Shown here: positions 10,333 through 19,739 of the stretch, one piece after another | How positions within the stretch are numbered: the first letter of the stretch is position 1 | Layout: each line of letters starts with the position of its first letter | Virus record (IMG/VR): IMGVR_UViG_3300003322_001263 | Strand: one strand, 5' to 3' | DNA from: an uncultured virus (IMG/VR IMGVR_UViG_3300003322_001263) | Taxonomy: Duplodnaviria > Heunggongvirae > Uroviricota > Caudoviricetes | Length of the DNA stretch: 64,000 bases | Notes under the pieces: generated by a model | What the model saw: only the letters and a program-made list of their open reading frames with translations | Told to the model about the DNA's origin: nothing | The model's database searches: none | Position numbers and translations under genes: made by a program

Positions 10333-10620
10333 TTAATTACACTGTCCTTTGGTATGCAATTCATCTTGATCACTTTCGGGCGTATCTTCGTGAAAGCTGT
10401 GCGTGGCAATTAAAAATACGCGTATTTCCTTATTGCAATTGCGGGCTTCAAGAATATTGTCGCAATTTGCAACGGTAATTACTTCGGTTACTGCCGGGCA
10501 TATGCCTTCAAATGCAAATAGACCGGGTATATCTGTTTTAAATGGCGCCACAACTGGGCAATCGTCATCTTCTTGCGGAATAGCGGCTACTAATTTTTTA
10601 AAATCTTTTACTGTAAACAT
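10333..10620 (-). CDS. Hypothetical protein
   Basis: 95-aa ORF in operon orientation. Confidence 0.55.
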   Translation of the reverse strand: MFTVKDFKKLVAAIPQEDDDCPVVAPFKTDIPGLFAFEGICPAVTEVITVANCDNILEARNCNKEIRVFLIATHSFHEDTPESDQDELHTKGQCN

Positions 10621-10649
10621 GCAATTAGAATTTTGATTATTATTGAAAA

Positions 10650-11705
10650 TTATTTTTCTTGCAGTCTTGCTATGATGCCTTTATAATCTGGATCTTCTGA
10701 TGAAGTTACTATTAAATGCCCTTGTGGTACTCTGGTAAATATAAGCAATTCATATGGAATTGTTTTTAATAAAAGCATCATACTTTCAATGCTGAATTTA
10801 AACGGTTCTACTATTGCATTTGCTTCCATTACAACAGCCCTATTAACATCAATATTAAAATCTGCATCTATATAATCTAATACAAGTGTATTTGGTTTTA
10901 TTGGATGCGATTGTAAGGTAGCTAATGGATTTTCTTGTCGCTTACTGTAATGCACAAGCGTACAGAAGTCAACCATATCATCGCGTTTTATTGTAAAGCT
11001 ATCGGTGCCGGTTTGGCCAATTATAGTACTATAATTCAATGGGCTTATGGCCGTTTTAATAAAGCCATATAGAAAGCCATCACACTGGAAAAAGTTATAG
11101 CTATTAGTACCCCAATATAATACATCGTCAGTGCTTTTAATTGTATTTAAAGGCTCTTGGTCGAGCAGAATTTCAGGCAATGGGAAAGTATTATGGTAGT
11201 ACACGATATTGAAATTACTTGCAAATATACCACCCATGCCTACACTAACATAATTCAAAGCGGTCACATTGGCGTTAGTGCTTACGTATTTGCTGGCTAT
11301 ACGTATACGCTCCATAACTTCCCCGCTAATTTTAATACGTTCACCCGCCGCTGTTGGTATAATTGGGAAAAGCTTAAGGTCTTGATTTTTTGTTTTAATT
11401 ATATCTTCGCCGCTGGTAATGGTGATATTAATGCCGTCGTCAAGTAAGGTAATGTCAATGCTGTGTTCCTTGCTTGTAAGCGCTACCCCATTTAAAAGCT
11501 TTTCGTTTAATAAAAAAGTTTCAACTTGTTGTTCTTGGCATACATAACTATACTTACACCAAATATTATTGTTTGTTTTTGTAAATATAATTTCCTGGCC
11601 GGTGCATTCTATTTTAATGCTATCTAAATTAGTGGCCGTTGGGTTTGGTTTTATTTGTGCTGCTGCGGCAAGATACCGGCGTAGTTCGTCTGTTTTAATT
11701 TTCAT
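10650..11705 (-). CDS. dnaN: DNA polymerase III beta (sliding clamp)-like protein
   Basis: 351 aa; clamp-like N-terminus (MKIK.DEL...L...P..L.SIKIE.....I.FT.TN), FP.IP linker, C-terminal GIIARL. Confidence 0.7.
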   Translation of the reverse strand: MKIKTDELRRYLAAAAQIKPNPTATNLDSIKIECTGQEIIFTKTNNNIWCKYSYVCQEQQVETFLLNEKLLNGVALTSKEHSIDITLLDDGINITITSGEDIIKTKNQDLKLFPIIPTAAGERIKISGEVMERIRIASKYVSTNANVTALNYVSVGMGGIFASNFNIVYYHNTFPLPEILLDQEPLNTIKSTDDVLYWGTNSYNFFQCDGFLYGFIKTAISPLNYSTIIGQTGTDSFTIKRDDMVDFCTLVHYSKRQENPLATLQSHPIKPNTLVLDYIDADFNIDVNRAVVMEANAIVEPFKFSIESMMLLLKTIPYELLIFTRVPQGHLIVTSSEDPDYKGIIARLQEK

Positions 11706-11714
11706 GTTGATTTT

Positions 11715-11810
11715 TTATTTTCCAAAAATTGCTATAAGTGTCATGCAAACAAGAAAGCCTATTACCATTATGACAACGGCGGCATTTTCATTAATTTCAA
11801 ATTTTGACAT
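11715..11810 (-). CDS. 31-aa membrane peptide (below the track cutoff)
   Basis: MSKFEINENAAVVIMVIGFLVCMTLIAIFGK fills the gap between sigma 2 and the clamp. Confidence 0.5.
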   Translation of the reverse strand: MSKFEINENAAVVIMVIGFLVCMTLIAIFGK

Positions 11811-11812
11811 AT

Positions 11813-12352
11813 TTAAGGCATTAATTTTTTATCGTTTAATATTTTTCTTAGCTGTATTATTGCGCGTTGCTTGGTAGTACTTACCATAGTATTAGTAATG
11901 TTTAATTGTTTGGCAATTTCCGGATTGCTAAAGCCGTCCACAAATGCCAATTGAAAAACCTTTTGGCGCAATGGTGATAACTGCTTCGATTCGGCTGAAA
12001 TTTCATGCAATAATTCAGTACGTATAATGTGATTAGTTATAATATCATCGCTAGGCAGTTCATCGTTTATGCCACTTGTAATTAGTTTATGCGCCTTTAA
12101 ATGATTTTTGCATTTATTCGCCACCGTGGTATATAAATAGCCCTTTAAATAATCAAATTCAATAAATAAATTATGCCGCTCCATTATGGCGTGCAAGGCA
12201 GTTATTGCGATGTCTTTTGCTTCGTCGCGATTATTAATAATCTTAAAAGCAAAATAGCATAGGGGTTGGAAAAAAAACTTAAATACATCATTAAACGCCG
12301 TTTGTTTACTAGCGTTAAAATCTTGCATAGTTTGTTTCCCTAATTGCTGCAT
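11813..12352 (-). CDS. ECF sigma-70 factor 2
   Basis: FFQPLCYFA...DEAKDI, YLYTTVANKCKNHLK, LSPLRQKVFQL..DGFSNPEIAKQL. Confidence 0.88.
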   Translation of the reverse strand: MQQLGKQTMQDFNASKQTAFNDVFKFFFQPLCYFAFKIINNRDEAKDIAITALHAIMERHNLFIEFDYLKGYLYTTVANKCKNHLKAHKLITSGINDELPSDDIITNHIIRTELLHEISAESKQLSPLRQKVFQLAFVDGFSNPEIAKQLNITNTMVSTTKQRAIIQLRKILNDKKLMP

Positions 12353-12353
12353 A

Positions 12354-12707
12354 TTATTTATTCACTTTAATTATCTTATAATTTTTGATTGCTTTAATAC
12401 GGTTGCCATCCTCAATGCTTATACTTTTTTCCACCTCAACCGTGTACCCGGTAGGAGTGTCAATATATTGTGCATCGCTTTTGCCGTCAATTAATTTTGA
12501 TACAAAATTGGCTTCGGTATAGTCTTGGTTAATTAGCACTTCAGCAAGGTAGTCTTTCCAATGCTTAACGGTAGCGTTTGCTTCTTTTTTCTTTTTGCCT
12601 TTAATAAGCAAGTAATAAAGCATAATAGCTATAACTGCAACGGCTACACCGCATCCGCATACGAATAAAAACCCATTGAAAAATGATTCAATAAATTTCA
12701 TTATCAT
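12354..12707 (-). CDS. Membrane protein
   Basis: N-terminal hydrophobic helix followed by KKKK. Confidence 0.55.
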   Translation of the reverse strand: MIMKFIESFFNGFLFVCGCGVAVAVIAIMLYYLLIKGKKKKEANATVKHWKDYLAEVLINQDYTEANFVSKLIDGKSDAQYIDTPTGYTVEVEKSISIEDGNRIKAIKNYKIIKVNK

Positions 12708-12710
12708 TGT

Positions 12711-13496
12711 TTATTTTAATAGGCCATCAAATAATGATATAGGCCGTGGCCCTTTCGGCGGCTGTATAAGTTTAACTTCTGTAAATTCTTTATTTTTCTT
12801 AGCCGTGTTTATCTTACAATAATCCGGGTATTTTTCGGCTAAATAATGCGCGCTATCATGTACACGTTCCTTAGTACGGGTTTCTTGCATGCCCCCCGGC
12901 TCTTTATAATAATTGGTTTTAACGCACACGTCATTTATGCGCACTACGGCACCAAACATTTTAAAATATTTTATTGTGCGCTCAAAATCTTCTTTATCTT
13001 CAAGGGTTATTAAAAGTTCTTCACAGTGGTCAATTATACACCCCCAAAAACAGCCAACAATATAACGGTTATCAGTGGTTACTTTTTTGTCCATAAAAAA
13101 ATGGTTAGCTACGGGGTACACCCCAAAAATCTTTGTATTGTGAAGTATCATCTGGGCGAACCCGTAGTCAGCCAGCAAGCCGAGATCAGTATATTCTTGT
13201 AATTTTTCTTCGCCAAAAAATAACCCTTCTACATCATCATCAAAATTCAATATATATTCACCTTCGGCAAAATACTGGTTAATAAAATTACGTTGTGCGC
13301 ATAATGTATGTGCGCCTATAACAATATTATACGCCTGTGTAGGAAATTCGGCCTTGTAGGTATCATATTCTTTTTGATCGGCAACAAAAATGTATATACG
13401 ATCTTCCGGCACGCCTACCCGGTTTAAATATGCAAGTGTTTTCTTACGCAGTGTGTTTGCACGTTTAAAGCTTGGTATTGCTATTTTGTATTCCAT
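12711..13496 (-). CDS. TET-associated (GREB1/base-J-type) GT-A glycosyltransferase
   Basis: IAIPSFKRA, QRNFI, FDDDV, EDKEDFERT, PGGMQ; near a TET gene. Confidence 0.82.
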   Translation of the reverse strand: MEYKIAIPSFKRANTLRKKTLAYLNRVGVPEDRIYIFVADQKEYDTYKAEFPTQAYNIVIGAHTLCAQRNFINQYFAEGEYILNFDDDVEGLFFGEEKLQEYTDLGLLADYGFAQMILHNTKIFGVYPVANHFFMDKKVTTDNRYIVGCFWGCIIDHCEELLITLEDKEDFERTIKYFKMFGAVVRINDVCVKTNYYKEPGGMQETRTKERVHDSAHYLAEKYPDYCKINTAKKNKEFTEVKLIQPPKGPRPISLFDGLLK

Positions 13497-14467
13497 ATGG
13501 ATGCTTTTGTTGTATAATCTTTATTTAAAAAATGTTCGTCCACTGCTTCACCAAACGTAACACTATCGCACATATGTGGGTAGTAGCCGCCCTTGTAATC
13601 GCAGTTGTGGCAAAGAAAGCAATCTCGTTTTTTATTTTGCAGCTTTAGTCGATATAAATTAAATGTATCACTGTTCCAAATTTCAACAAGCGTGTGCGTT
13701 TTTACATTGCCAAAATTGGTTTCGCCGTAAAAGTCGTTACAACAGAGTATTGCGTCGCCCAAGTAGTTTATATTCAAAAAGCGGAATGGTCGCACGCAAT
13801 GCTTATCTAAGCGAGCCGCAGGCCGAAACCCCGGCACATTCCCGCTGCGGTTGCTGAAATGGTTGGGGCCATCTACTTCACTGTCTTTTATTTGCTTTGT
13901 AATGCCATATTTGGGCACTACTTTGGCGGCGCGCTTACGTGGCCCAATATTCAAATATAGGCTTTGTGTTTGGTCTATGTGTGGTAGGGTATCCAAAAAC
14001 CCTTGTAATACTTCTTGCCGCTTTTTTGCCAACCGCACACCGTTTTCAAATATATTTTTATCTTCGCTTTCGTCTGCTGAGCTATAAATGTTTATCTGCA
14101 TTTGGTTAAGACCGGCAGTAAATAGTGCATCTATATCTGCAGCACTTTTAAAATAATCGCCATTGGTATTAATCATCTGGCAACAGCTTGGCAACATAAG
14201 GCGCGCATGATTTATAAAAAATTTTAAACGTTCGTCGCGCGTAGGTTCATTATATATGTACCATTCTATCCGGCCTTTATACTTTAATTGTTTTAATTGC
14301 TTGATGATATTAAAAACCATATCGTCATCCATAAACACATCTTCGCGCTTATGGTAGCTATTCGGGCAAAAATGGCATGTTCTATTACATTTACTAGCAA
14401 TTTCAATTGCTATCGTATTAAATAGTGCAACGTGTTGGCCTTCGTTAATATTTACTTTTTTTGGCAT
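13481..14467 (-). CDS. Radical SAM protein with SPASM/twitch domain
   Basis: CNRTCHFC, NEP, INTNG, C..PF, CCND, GNV...L.EIWN, CHNC. Confidence 0.92.
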   Translation of the reverse strand: MPKKVNINEGQHVALFNTIAIEIASKCNRTCHFCPNSYHKREDVFMDDDMVFNIIKQLKQLKYKGRIEWYIYNEPTRDERLKFFINHARLMLPSCCQMINTNGDYFKSAADIDALFTAGLNQMQINIYSSADESEDKNIFENGVRLAKKRQEVLQGFLDTLPHIDQTQSLYLNIGPRKRAAKVVPKYGITKQIKDSEVDGPNHFSNRSGNVPGFRPAARLDKHCVRPFRFLNINYLGDAILCCNDFYGETNFGNVKTHTLVEIWNSDTFNLYRLKLQNKKRDCFLCHNCDYKGGYYPHMCDSVTFGEAVDEHFLNKDYTTKASIWNTK

Positions 14468-14642
14468 TATATTCGTATTTTTGCAGGTCTCTTATTTTAT
14501 TAATAAGTAAGCTATTGTCGCGCACGCCTGTTTTAACAAGTAGGTCAAGCACGTCTTCGGTAAACAACATTATAGCCTGTTCTATAGCGCTGGCTATACC
14601 TTGGTTATGTATATGCTGCATATATTTAGTATATCGTGTCAT
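14445..14642 (-). CDS. Hypothetical protein
   Basis: Small ORF overlapping neighbours; ATG start at 14642 preferred. Confidence 0.45.
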   Translation of the reverse strand: MTRYTKYMQHIHNQGIASAIEQAIMLFTEDVLDLLVKTGVRDNSLLINKIRDLQKYEYNAKKSKY

Positions 14643-14821
14643 CTTGTTCCTTTTAAGTATGCTATTAATTGTAATTCCCAATATTCAACGCGTTTACCCC
14701 ATACGCTATCCTTATCTATAACAGTCAAATAGGTTGGCTGGCCGTATAAACATGTTATACTTATTACTTCATAACTTGTTCCATCGTTAGTAATGGCTAT
14801 CATTACTGGCTTGTTTTGCAT
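14639..14821 (-). CDS. Hypothetical protein
   Basis: 60-aa ORF overlapping neighbours. Confidence 0.45.
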   Translation of the reverse strand: MQNKPVMIAITNDGTSYEVISITCLYGQPTYLTVIDKDSVWGKRVEYWELQLIAYLKGTR

Positions 14822-15324
14822 TTTTCAAGAAATTTAAAAAGCGTAATTCTTATGTTGCCATAATAAAAACCAATATATCTATAGCGATATGTAGTAGCGA
14901 TGTTGCCAGTCCCCATACGCGTATCAGAATTACTAGTGTAAGATTTTGTATCTGCTTTTATGGGGGCAGGGTTAATTTTTTCAAGTTCTCTGTTATTTGG
15001 CCGTTTATATGGCACCTGCATTGTATCGGGCACGCTTTGCGCCTTTACAGGCAACGGTTTACTAAATATTGCAGCAATTAAAGGCAAATAAAATAACTTA
15101 TTCCATTTGCGTTTATTGGCTGGCGTTAATTCACGGTCAAGTTGGTCTTTGCGAAATTTACCGCAACCAAGCCCGTGTTTTTTAATAGATGCCAACATTT
15201 GAGCATCTGTCATATAACTATAATCAATAACCGCCTTAGCGCACACTGCGCAAAAACGCCCACCATTCGTCGGAGCCATCGAAGCTTCTGTTTGGTGGCA
15301 TTGGTTTGTTAACTGTATTTTCAT
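14803..15324 (-). CDS. Membrane protein with the Cys-motif N-terminus of Bacteroidota carboxypeptidase-regulatory/TonB-associated proteins
   Basis: CH...M.P..GGRFC..C.K.VID..MTD...CG.FR.DQL.R followed by a TM helix. Confidence 0.65.
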   Translation of the reverse strand: MKIQLTNQCHQTEASMAPTNGGRFCAVCAKAVIDYSYMTDAQMLASIKKHGLGCGKFRKDQLDRELTPANKRKWNKLFYLPLIAAIFSKPLPVKAQSVPDTMQVPYKRPNNRELEKINPAPIKADTKSYTSNSDTRMGTGNIATTYRYRYIGFYYGNIRITLFKFLEKCKTSQ

Positions 15325-15368
15325 TGTATTTAAATTTTGCAAGTAATACCACTATGCCTTTACGCGCC

Positions 15369-15512
15369 TTATTCCGCATTTAATAATTTTAAAACAAATA
15401 ATAGAATTATGGGCCAAAAAACAAAAATGCAAGCCAACTGGTAAACATAAATAATATCATCTGGCTCGTCCTTAGTTATCCATATTAACCCAAATATTGG
15501 TATCCATTTCAT
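15369..15512 (-). CDS. 47-aa membrane peptide
   Basis: MKWIPIFGLIW...LLNAE; ATGA overlap with the TET stop. Confidence 0.45.
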   Translation of the reverse strand: MKWIPIFGLIWITKDEPDDIIYVYQLACIFVFWPIILLFVLKLLNAE

Positions 15513-16378
15513 AAACGATAAAACCCGCCTTTGTCTTTTTTAATACGCGCAAGTTCTTCACTTGGCTGTTTACAGGTAATCATGTTTTCGCGATAGTACA
15601 TTACAAAGCTGATCCGTAAATAATCAGGGCTTTGATTTCTAAATGGCGTGTTGCCGTGCCACCTATGTACGTCAACAAATAACATATCGGTATTTTGCAT
15701 ATCAATGGCAACCGCATATTCAGGCAAACAAAAATAAGAGCCTTCGTAATACCCTTCACGGTAGACACATAAATTTCCGAATCCCGCTTGAAAATCTCCA
15801 CTGTCCTTATGTACTGCTGTTGTGAAGTTCTTATTGACAGTAATTGTTGTGAAACTTGTATCGTCAATAACGTAGTTGCGATTTGTCGCCTTAGCAATAT
15901 TAATCTGGCGCGAATAATGCGCCGGGCAAAGCTGTTCATATAATTGATCTATTTTTTTTACGAATGGAACACCTTCTTTAAATTGATCAAAGTACTGCCG
16001 GGCGAATGCCGTTTTACGGCAATAGGGCACCATTGCAGCCGCATCCATATATCCTACATTACCACTTTCAACATAGTTCCCTACTGTTATTTTACTTACG
16101 GTACCATCTTTTAAAATGCGTTTGTGGCTGCTACCGCTGGCCGCGCCACGGCCTTCTGTACGCTCAATACTGTTCTTAAAACTTTCGTAACCTAATTTTA
16201 GTATGTCAAAGGGTATTACCCCCTTGCGGAACTTAAAAAGCAATTGCCCCTGACTGTTATAGGCGTCGGTATCTTCTGTTATAAGTAAACTATAGTCGTT
16301 GTCGGTTAAGAACTTTTTATGGAACTTACGTTCAGCTTCGGCATCCGTATAAATGCGCTTTAATGTGATAGTTTGCAT
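15509..16378 (-). CDS. TET/JBP-family 2OG-Fe(II) dioxygenase
   Basis: FTTITVNKNF, HKD (HxD), FGNL, HGNTP, RISFVMYYRE. Confidence 0.9.
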   Translation of the reverse strand: MQTITLKRIYTDAEAERKFHKKFLTDNDYSLLITEDTDAYNSQGQLLFKFRKGVIPFDILKLGYESFKNSIERTEGRGAASGSSHKRILKDGTVSKITVGNYVESGNVGYMDAAAMVPYCRKTAFARQYFDQFKEGVPFVKKIDQLYEQLCPAHYSRQINIAKATNRNYVIDDTSFTTITVNKNFTTAVHKDSGDFQAGFGNLCVYREGYYEGSYFCLPEYAVAIDMQNTDMLFVDVHRWHGNTPFRNQSPDYLRISFVMYYRENMITCKQPSEELARIKKDKGGFYRL

Positions 16379-16379
16379 T

Positions 16380-16607
16380 TTAATCTAATTTAAGTTCGTT
16401 AAGTGGGTCGTCGTAAAGCCGCAATAAATCTAATATAAAATCACTTGCATTGCGCTTATCGTAATCTTGTGGGTACATTTTAATCATGCCTGTTTTGCAT
16501 AGTTCTTTAAATTCTCTTAGTTGTTCAGTGCTGTAAAATAACTGGAAGGTAGTAATATTTGTGTTGTCAACAGGACTATTATCCGGTTCTAATAAAACGT
16601 CAAACAT
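16380..16607 (-). CDS. Small protein upstream of TET; possible accessory factor
   Basis: FQLFY....EF....K.Y....N.SD.I pattern recalls the C-terminus of ParB-type proteins next to phage TETs (from memory). Confidence 0.45.
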   Translation of the reverse strand: MFDVLLEPDNSPVDNTNITTFQLFYSTEQLREFKELCKTGMIKMYPQDYDKRNASDFILDLLRLYDDPLNELKLD

Positions 16608-16672
16608 TAGGGTAAATTTGTTTTGCAAGTTTATTTAAAAAAACTAGTATTGCAATAAATAATTTTCAACAC

Positions 16673-16891
16673 ATGGCAGCACTAACACGAATGAGTATTA
16701 AAGATTACGTTGAATATAGGGAATTCGATATAACTACCGTTGCTGTGGCAAAAGCAATAAGATTGGGGCATCGCACACCGGGTATTAAGCAATATGAAAA
16801 GATAGGCGGTACGTATCTTCTATATGTAGACATTACGGAACTGGATACCTATTTGGTTTGTAATAAAAAACCTTTTAAATTGCACGCATGA
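16673..16891 (+). CDS. Small DNA-binding (HTH-like) protein
   Basis: MSIKDYVE...AVAKAIRLG; first gene of the divergent operon. Confidence 0.55.
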   Translation: MAALTRMSIKDYVEYREFDITTVAVAKAIRLGHRTPGIKQYEKIGGTYLLYVDITELDTYLVCNKKPFKLHA

Positions 16892-17775
16892 GCCAACAAC
16901 AACCGCAACAGTTATCAATCACCAAGATTATAGAACCTGAATTGCCTACACTGATGGCAATACTTAGTTTAAGTAACGAAGCCAATGACCTGCGCACAGT
17001 TGTTCAACAGGAAATTACTTATTTAGAACAGCATGCATTGGCTAAGCCTGAAATAAATGGGTGCAATCAGACTACTATGCTTTTAGCCATTAAAAGCGCC
17101 ATGCGTAAAAACTTAACACTTGACCCAAGTGCCGGGCTTGTATATGTTAAGACGCGCAGGATGCAAATAAATGGTGCATGGGTAGACGCATTGGAAATAC
17201 AGGAAACTGCAAATGGCCTATTAAGTTATAATAGACAATTAGGGCGTGTTTTAGACTTTGAGCGGCCCCAAATACAAAAAAATGATAAAGGTCGCGTAAT
17301 CGGCGTTACAATGCGTTTGCTGTTGCCTAGCCCTTTGGGGCCGCGCTGGGAATTGTTTGATTACGACGAAAGCGATTTTAAACGTTGGGCTACATACAGC
17401 CACAAAGAGCGCAGCCGCGGCTATAAACCGGGCAGCGGTAAAGAAGAACCAAATGTAACTACGCTCAATTACGCAAACCACTTGTATCGTAGCTGGGAAG
17501 GCGGCATTGATCCTGAGTTTGCGCGCGCAAAATGCATACGCCATAGCCTGAAAAAGCTTGGTACTAATCCTAATGAAAATACTGTTTTAATTAAACTTAA
17601 ACCAAGTGAACAACAGGCTATAGATGCAAATATAGCAGTGGCGGAAACCGCTGACGAAAATGGCGAATTCGCTTGGCATGAAGAAGTAACAAGTAAGGTT
17701 AACGATTCGCAGCCCGCGCCAACAGGCCAACAACAACCAATACAGCAAAATGAAGATTTTGCTAATGACTTGTAA
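16888..17775 (+). CDS. recT: RecT-like single-strand annealing protein
   Basis: LTLDP..GLVYV, GLL, AKCIRHSLKKL, acidic tail. Confidence 0.7.
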   Translation: MSQQQPQQLSITKIIEPELPTLMAILSLSNEANDLRTVVQQEITYLEQHALAKPEINGCNQTTMLLAIKSAMRKNLTLDPSAGLVYVKTRRMQINGAWVDALEIQETANGLLSYNRQLGRVLDFERPQIQKNDKGRVIGVTMRLLLPSPLGPRWELFDYDESDFKRWATYSHKERSRGYKPGSGKEEPNVTTLNYANHLYRSWEGGIDPEFARAKCIRHSLKKLGTNPNENTVLIKLKPSEQQAIDANIAVAETADENGEFAWHEEVTSKVNDSQPAPTGQQQPIQQNEDFANDL

Positions 17776-17803
17776 TTATTTACTAACAATAAAAATAAGA
17801 AGA

Positions 17804-18205
17804 ATGGCAAAAGAATTATTTAAAGGTGGTTTTTTTGAAAAAACAGAAAAAACAGAAACCCCGGTTGTATTAACAAGTTATAGCCAACCGCATGTTTTGC
17901 AGCAACGCATGAAAGAAGAAAAACTTACACACGGCGACCGCGTTACGGCTAATATTAGCCCGGTTCGGCTTGAAAGTAATTTTGGCAAGATGATTATGTA
18001 TTTTTGCCCAATGCAAAGTATAGAAATTACTAACCGCCTTGCACAAGGGGATGGCGGCAGCATACCAAGCGAAGCCATTATTGATGGGTTTAACGTGCCA
18101 TCCAATTTCAAACCCGGTTTATACGAATTAAAAAACGTAGAACTGTTTAGCAATGGTACTATGCAAGTACTTGCAACAGAAAATACCGTATTTGAAGCCG
18201 TTTAA
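17804..18205 (+). CDS. Hypothetical protein
   Basis: ATG at 17804 after an A-rich leader. Confidence 0.6.
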   Translation: MAKELFKGGFFEKTEKTETPVVLTSYSQPHVLQQRMKEEKLTHGDRVTANISPVRLESNFGKMIMYFCPMQSIEITNRLAQGDGGSIPSEAIIDGFNVPSNFKPGLYELKNVELFSNGTMQVLATENTVFEAV

Positions 18206-18223
18206 AACTATTTTATTTATTAA

Positions 18224-18270
18224 GGCGACGTCGCTGTTGTGTGTGGTGTTATGCGGCGTCGCCATTTTTT
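18224..18270 (+). terminator. Intrinsic terminator-like hairpin
   Basis: GGCGACGTCGC...GCGGCGTCGCC followed by ATTTTTT. Confidence 0.6.
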
Positions 18271-18281
18271 ATTTAATTATT

Positions 18282-19388
18282 ATGAACGACGATAAAGCAT
18301 TAGCGCCGGTAAAGATTATAATAAACGAAGAAGAGCAAAATAAAAAAATTTTAGCTTGGGGGGCTTATGGCAAAGCATTATATCAGGCAGACTTAACACT
18401 GCAATTGCAATCGCAGGAAATAATAAACCAACTTGTAGATCCATCCACGCCCGAATTGGTAAATAAAGCAGAAGCAGCGTATACGGTGGCTAAAAAGAAT
18501 TTAAATTTATTACAGCAAAGCCGCATAGCAGTTACCAATAAATTTGAACCTGTTATTACACGCTTAAGCGCGCATGAAAAAGCCATACAAGCGGCTTTAA
18601 AAGCGAATGGCGAAGCCATTTTAAAAGCCAAGCAACAAGTTAATGAAGCTGCCAAAACAAAAGAAGCCAAAGCCAAAGAATTAAAAGATATTGCTAGACA
18701 GGTAGCCGTATATATTGCCGATATGCATGCCAGTCAATTAAATGCCCAATACGCTTTATTGAGTAAAGCGTATGAACATGCACTATCTGTCGGTATTAGC
18801 ATGGAAGCATTGCCTGAATTTAAGGCAAAGCTTTGCGCGCGCGTTAATACCGGTAATTGTACTATACCTGCGCCGCGGCCAACATTTAAATTTAATACTC
18901 AAGAAGATGTTGATGCCGAAGTTGCAAAATATTTTAACCCATTGCCGCCAAATGAATACATTGCAGGCTTTATACAAGCAGTAGAAAGTAAGTTTAGCGA
19001 TTGGGAACAAGCGCTGCAAAATAAAGAAGCCGCAAAAGAACTGCATGAAAAAGAAGTAGCCAATGTCGCCGGTGAAATTACGCAGCAATTAGAAAAACAA
19101 AAAGTTGCTGCCGGGTTAAATGCATTAGCCGGGCCTATTTTAGAAGAACCCGCAGGTAAACAACTTAAAGAAGTTTGGAAAATAGCAGAACCGCAAAATT
19201 GGGATGAAATATTTGCAATAATAAATGCTTTTGCTGTTAACCGCAGCGATGTACAAGCGCATTTAAATAAAATCAAACCAATTAATTTTGGCATTAAACA
19301 AATGATGGCCGCGCTAGTAGCTGTAAAAACTGCGGATGAAAATTTTCAAGTAAGTGGTATTACGTTTACTAAAATAGAAAAATTGTAA
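18282..19388 (+). CDS. Coiled-coil hypothetical protein of the recombination module
   Basis: Ala/Lys/Glu-rich helical ORF; ATG at 18282. Confidence 0.65.
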   Translation: MNDDKALAPVKIIINEEEQNKKILAWGAYGKALYQADLTLQLQSQEIINQLVDPSTPELVNKAEAAYTVAKKNLNLLQQSRIAVTNKFEPVITRLSAHEKAIQAALKANGEAILKAKQQVNEAAKTKEAKAKELKDIARQVAVYIADMHASQLNAQYALLSKAYEHALSVGISMEALPEFKAKLCARVNTGNCTIPAPRPTFKFNTQEDVDAEVAKYFNPLPPNEYIAGFIQAVESKFSDWEQALQNKEAAKELHEKEVANVAGEITQQLEKQKVAAGLNALAGPILEEPAGKQLKEVWKIAEPQNWDEIFAIINAFAVNRSDVQAHLNKIKPINFGIKQMMAALVAVKTADENFQVSGITFTKIEKL

Positions 19389-19392
19389 ATAA

Positions 19393-19737
19393 ATGGAATT
19401 TAAATTTAATAAAGAAGGGAAAACTTATGGCGATATGTGCGGAATAGAAGTGGCACGTGGCACCCAAATAAGTACCATTATTACAACTATAAAAACTGAA
19501 ATTATAAATAACCCGGAACCGTATGCTTATTACGAAGGAGAAGGTGAAAATGAGCAATTTGGGTTATATAAAGGCCGCTGTTTAGCAAGATTTTTTGAAG
19601 CCATAACCGATACGCAAGAGCGCTATATGCTTATGTTTGCTTTTGACTGGATTATGCACGATATGTGTGATCAAATTAGTAAAAATGAAATTGCTAAAAA
19701 AATAGATGAATTATTGGGGATGAAAAATGATAAATAA
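19393..19737 (+). CDS. Hypothetical protein (possible paralog family A)
   Basis: 114-aa ORF. Confidence 0.55.
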   Translation: MEFKFNKEGKTYGDMCGIEVARGTQISTIITTIKTEIINNPEPYAYYEGEGENEQFGLYKGRCLARFFEAITDTQERYMLMFAFDWIMHDMCDQISKNEIAKKIDELLGMKNDK

Positions 19738-19739
19738 TA

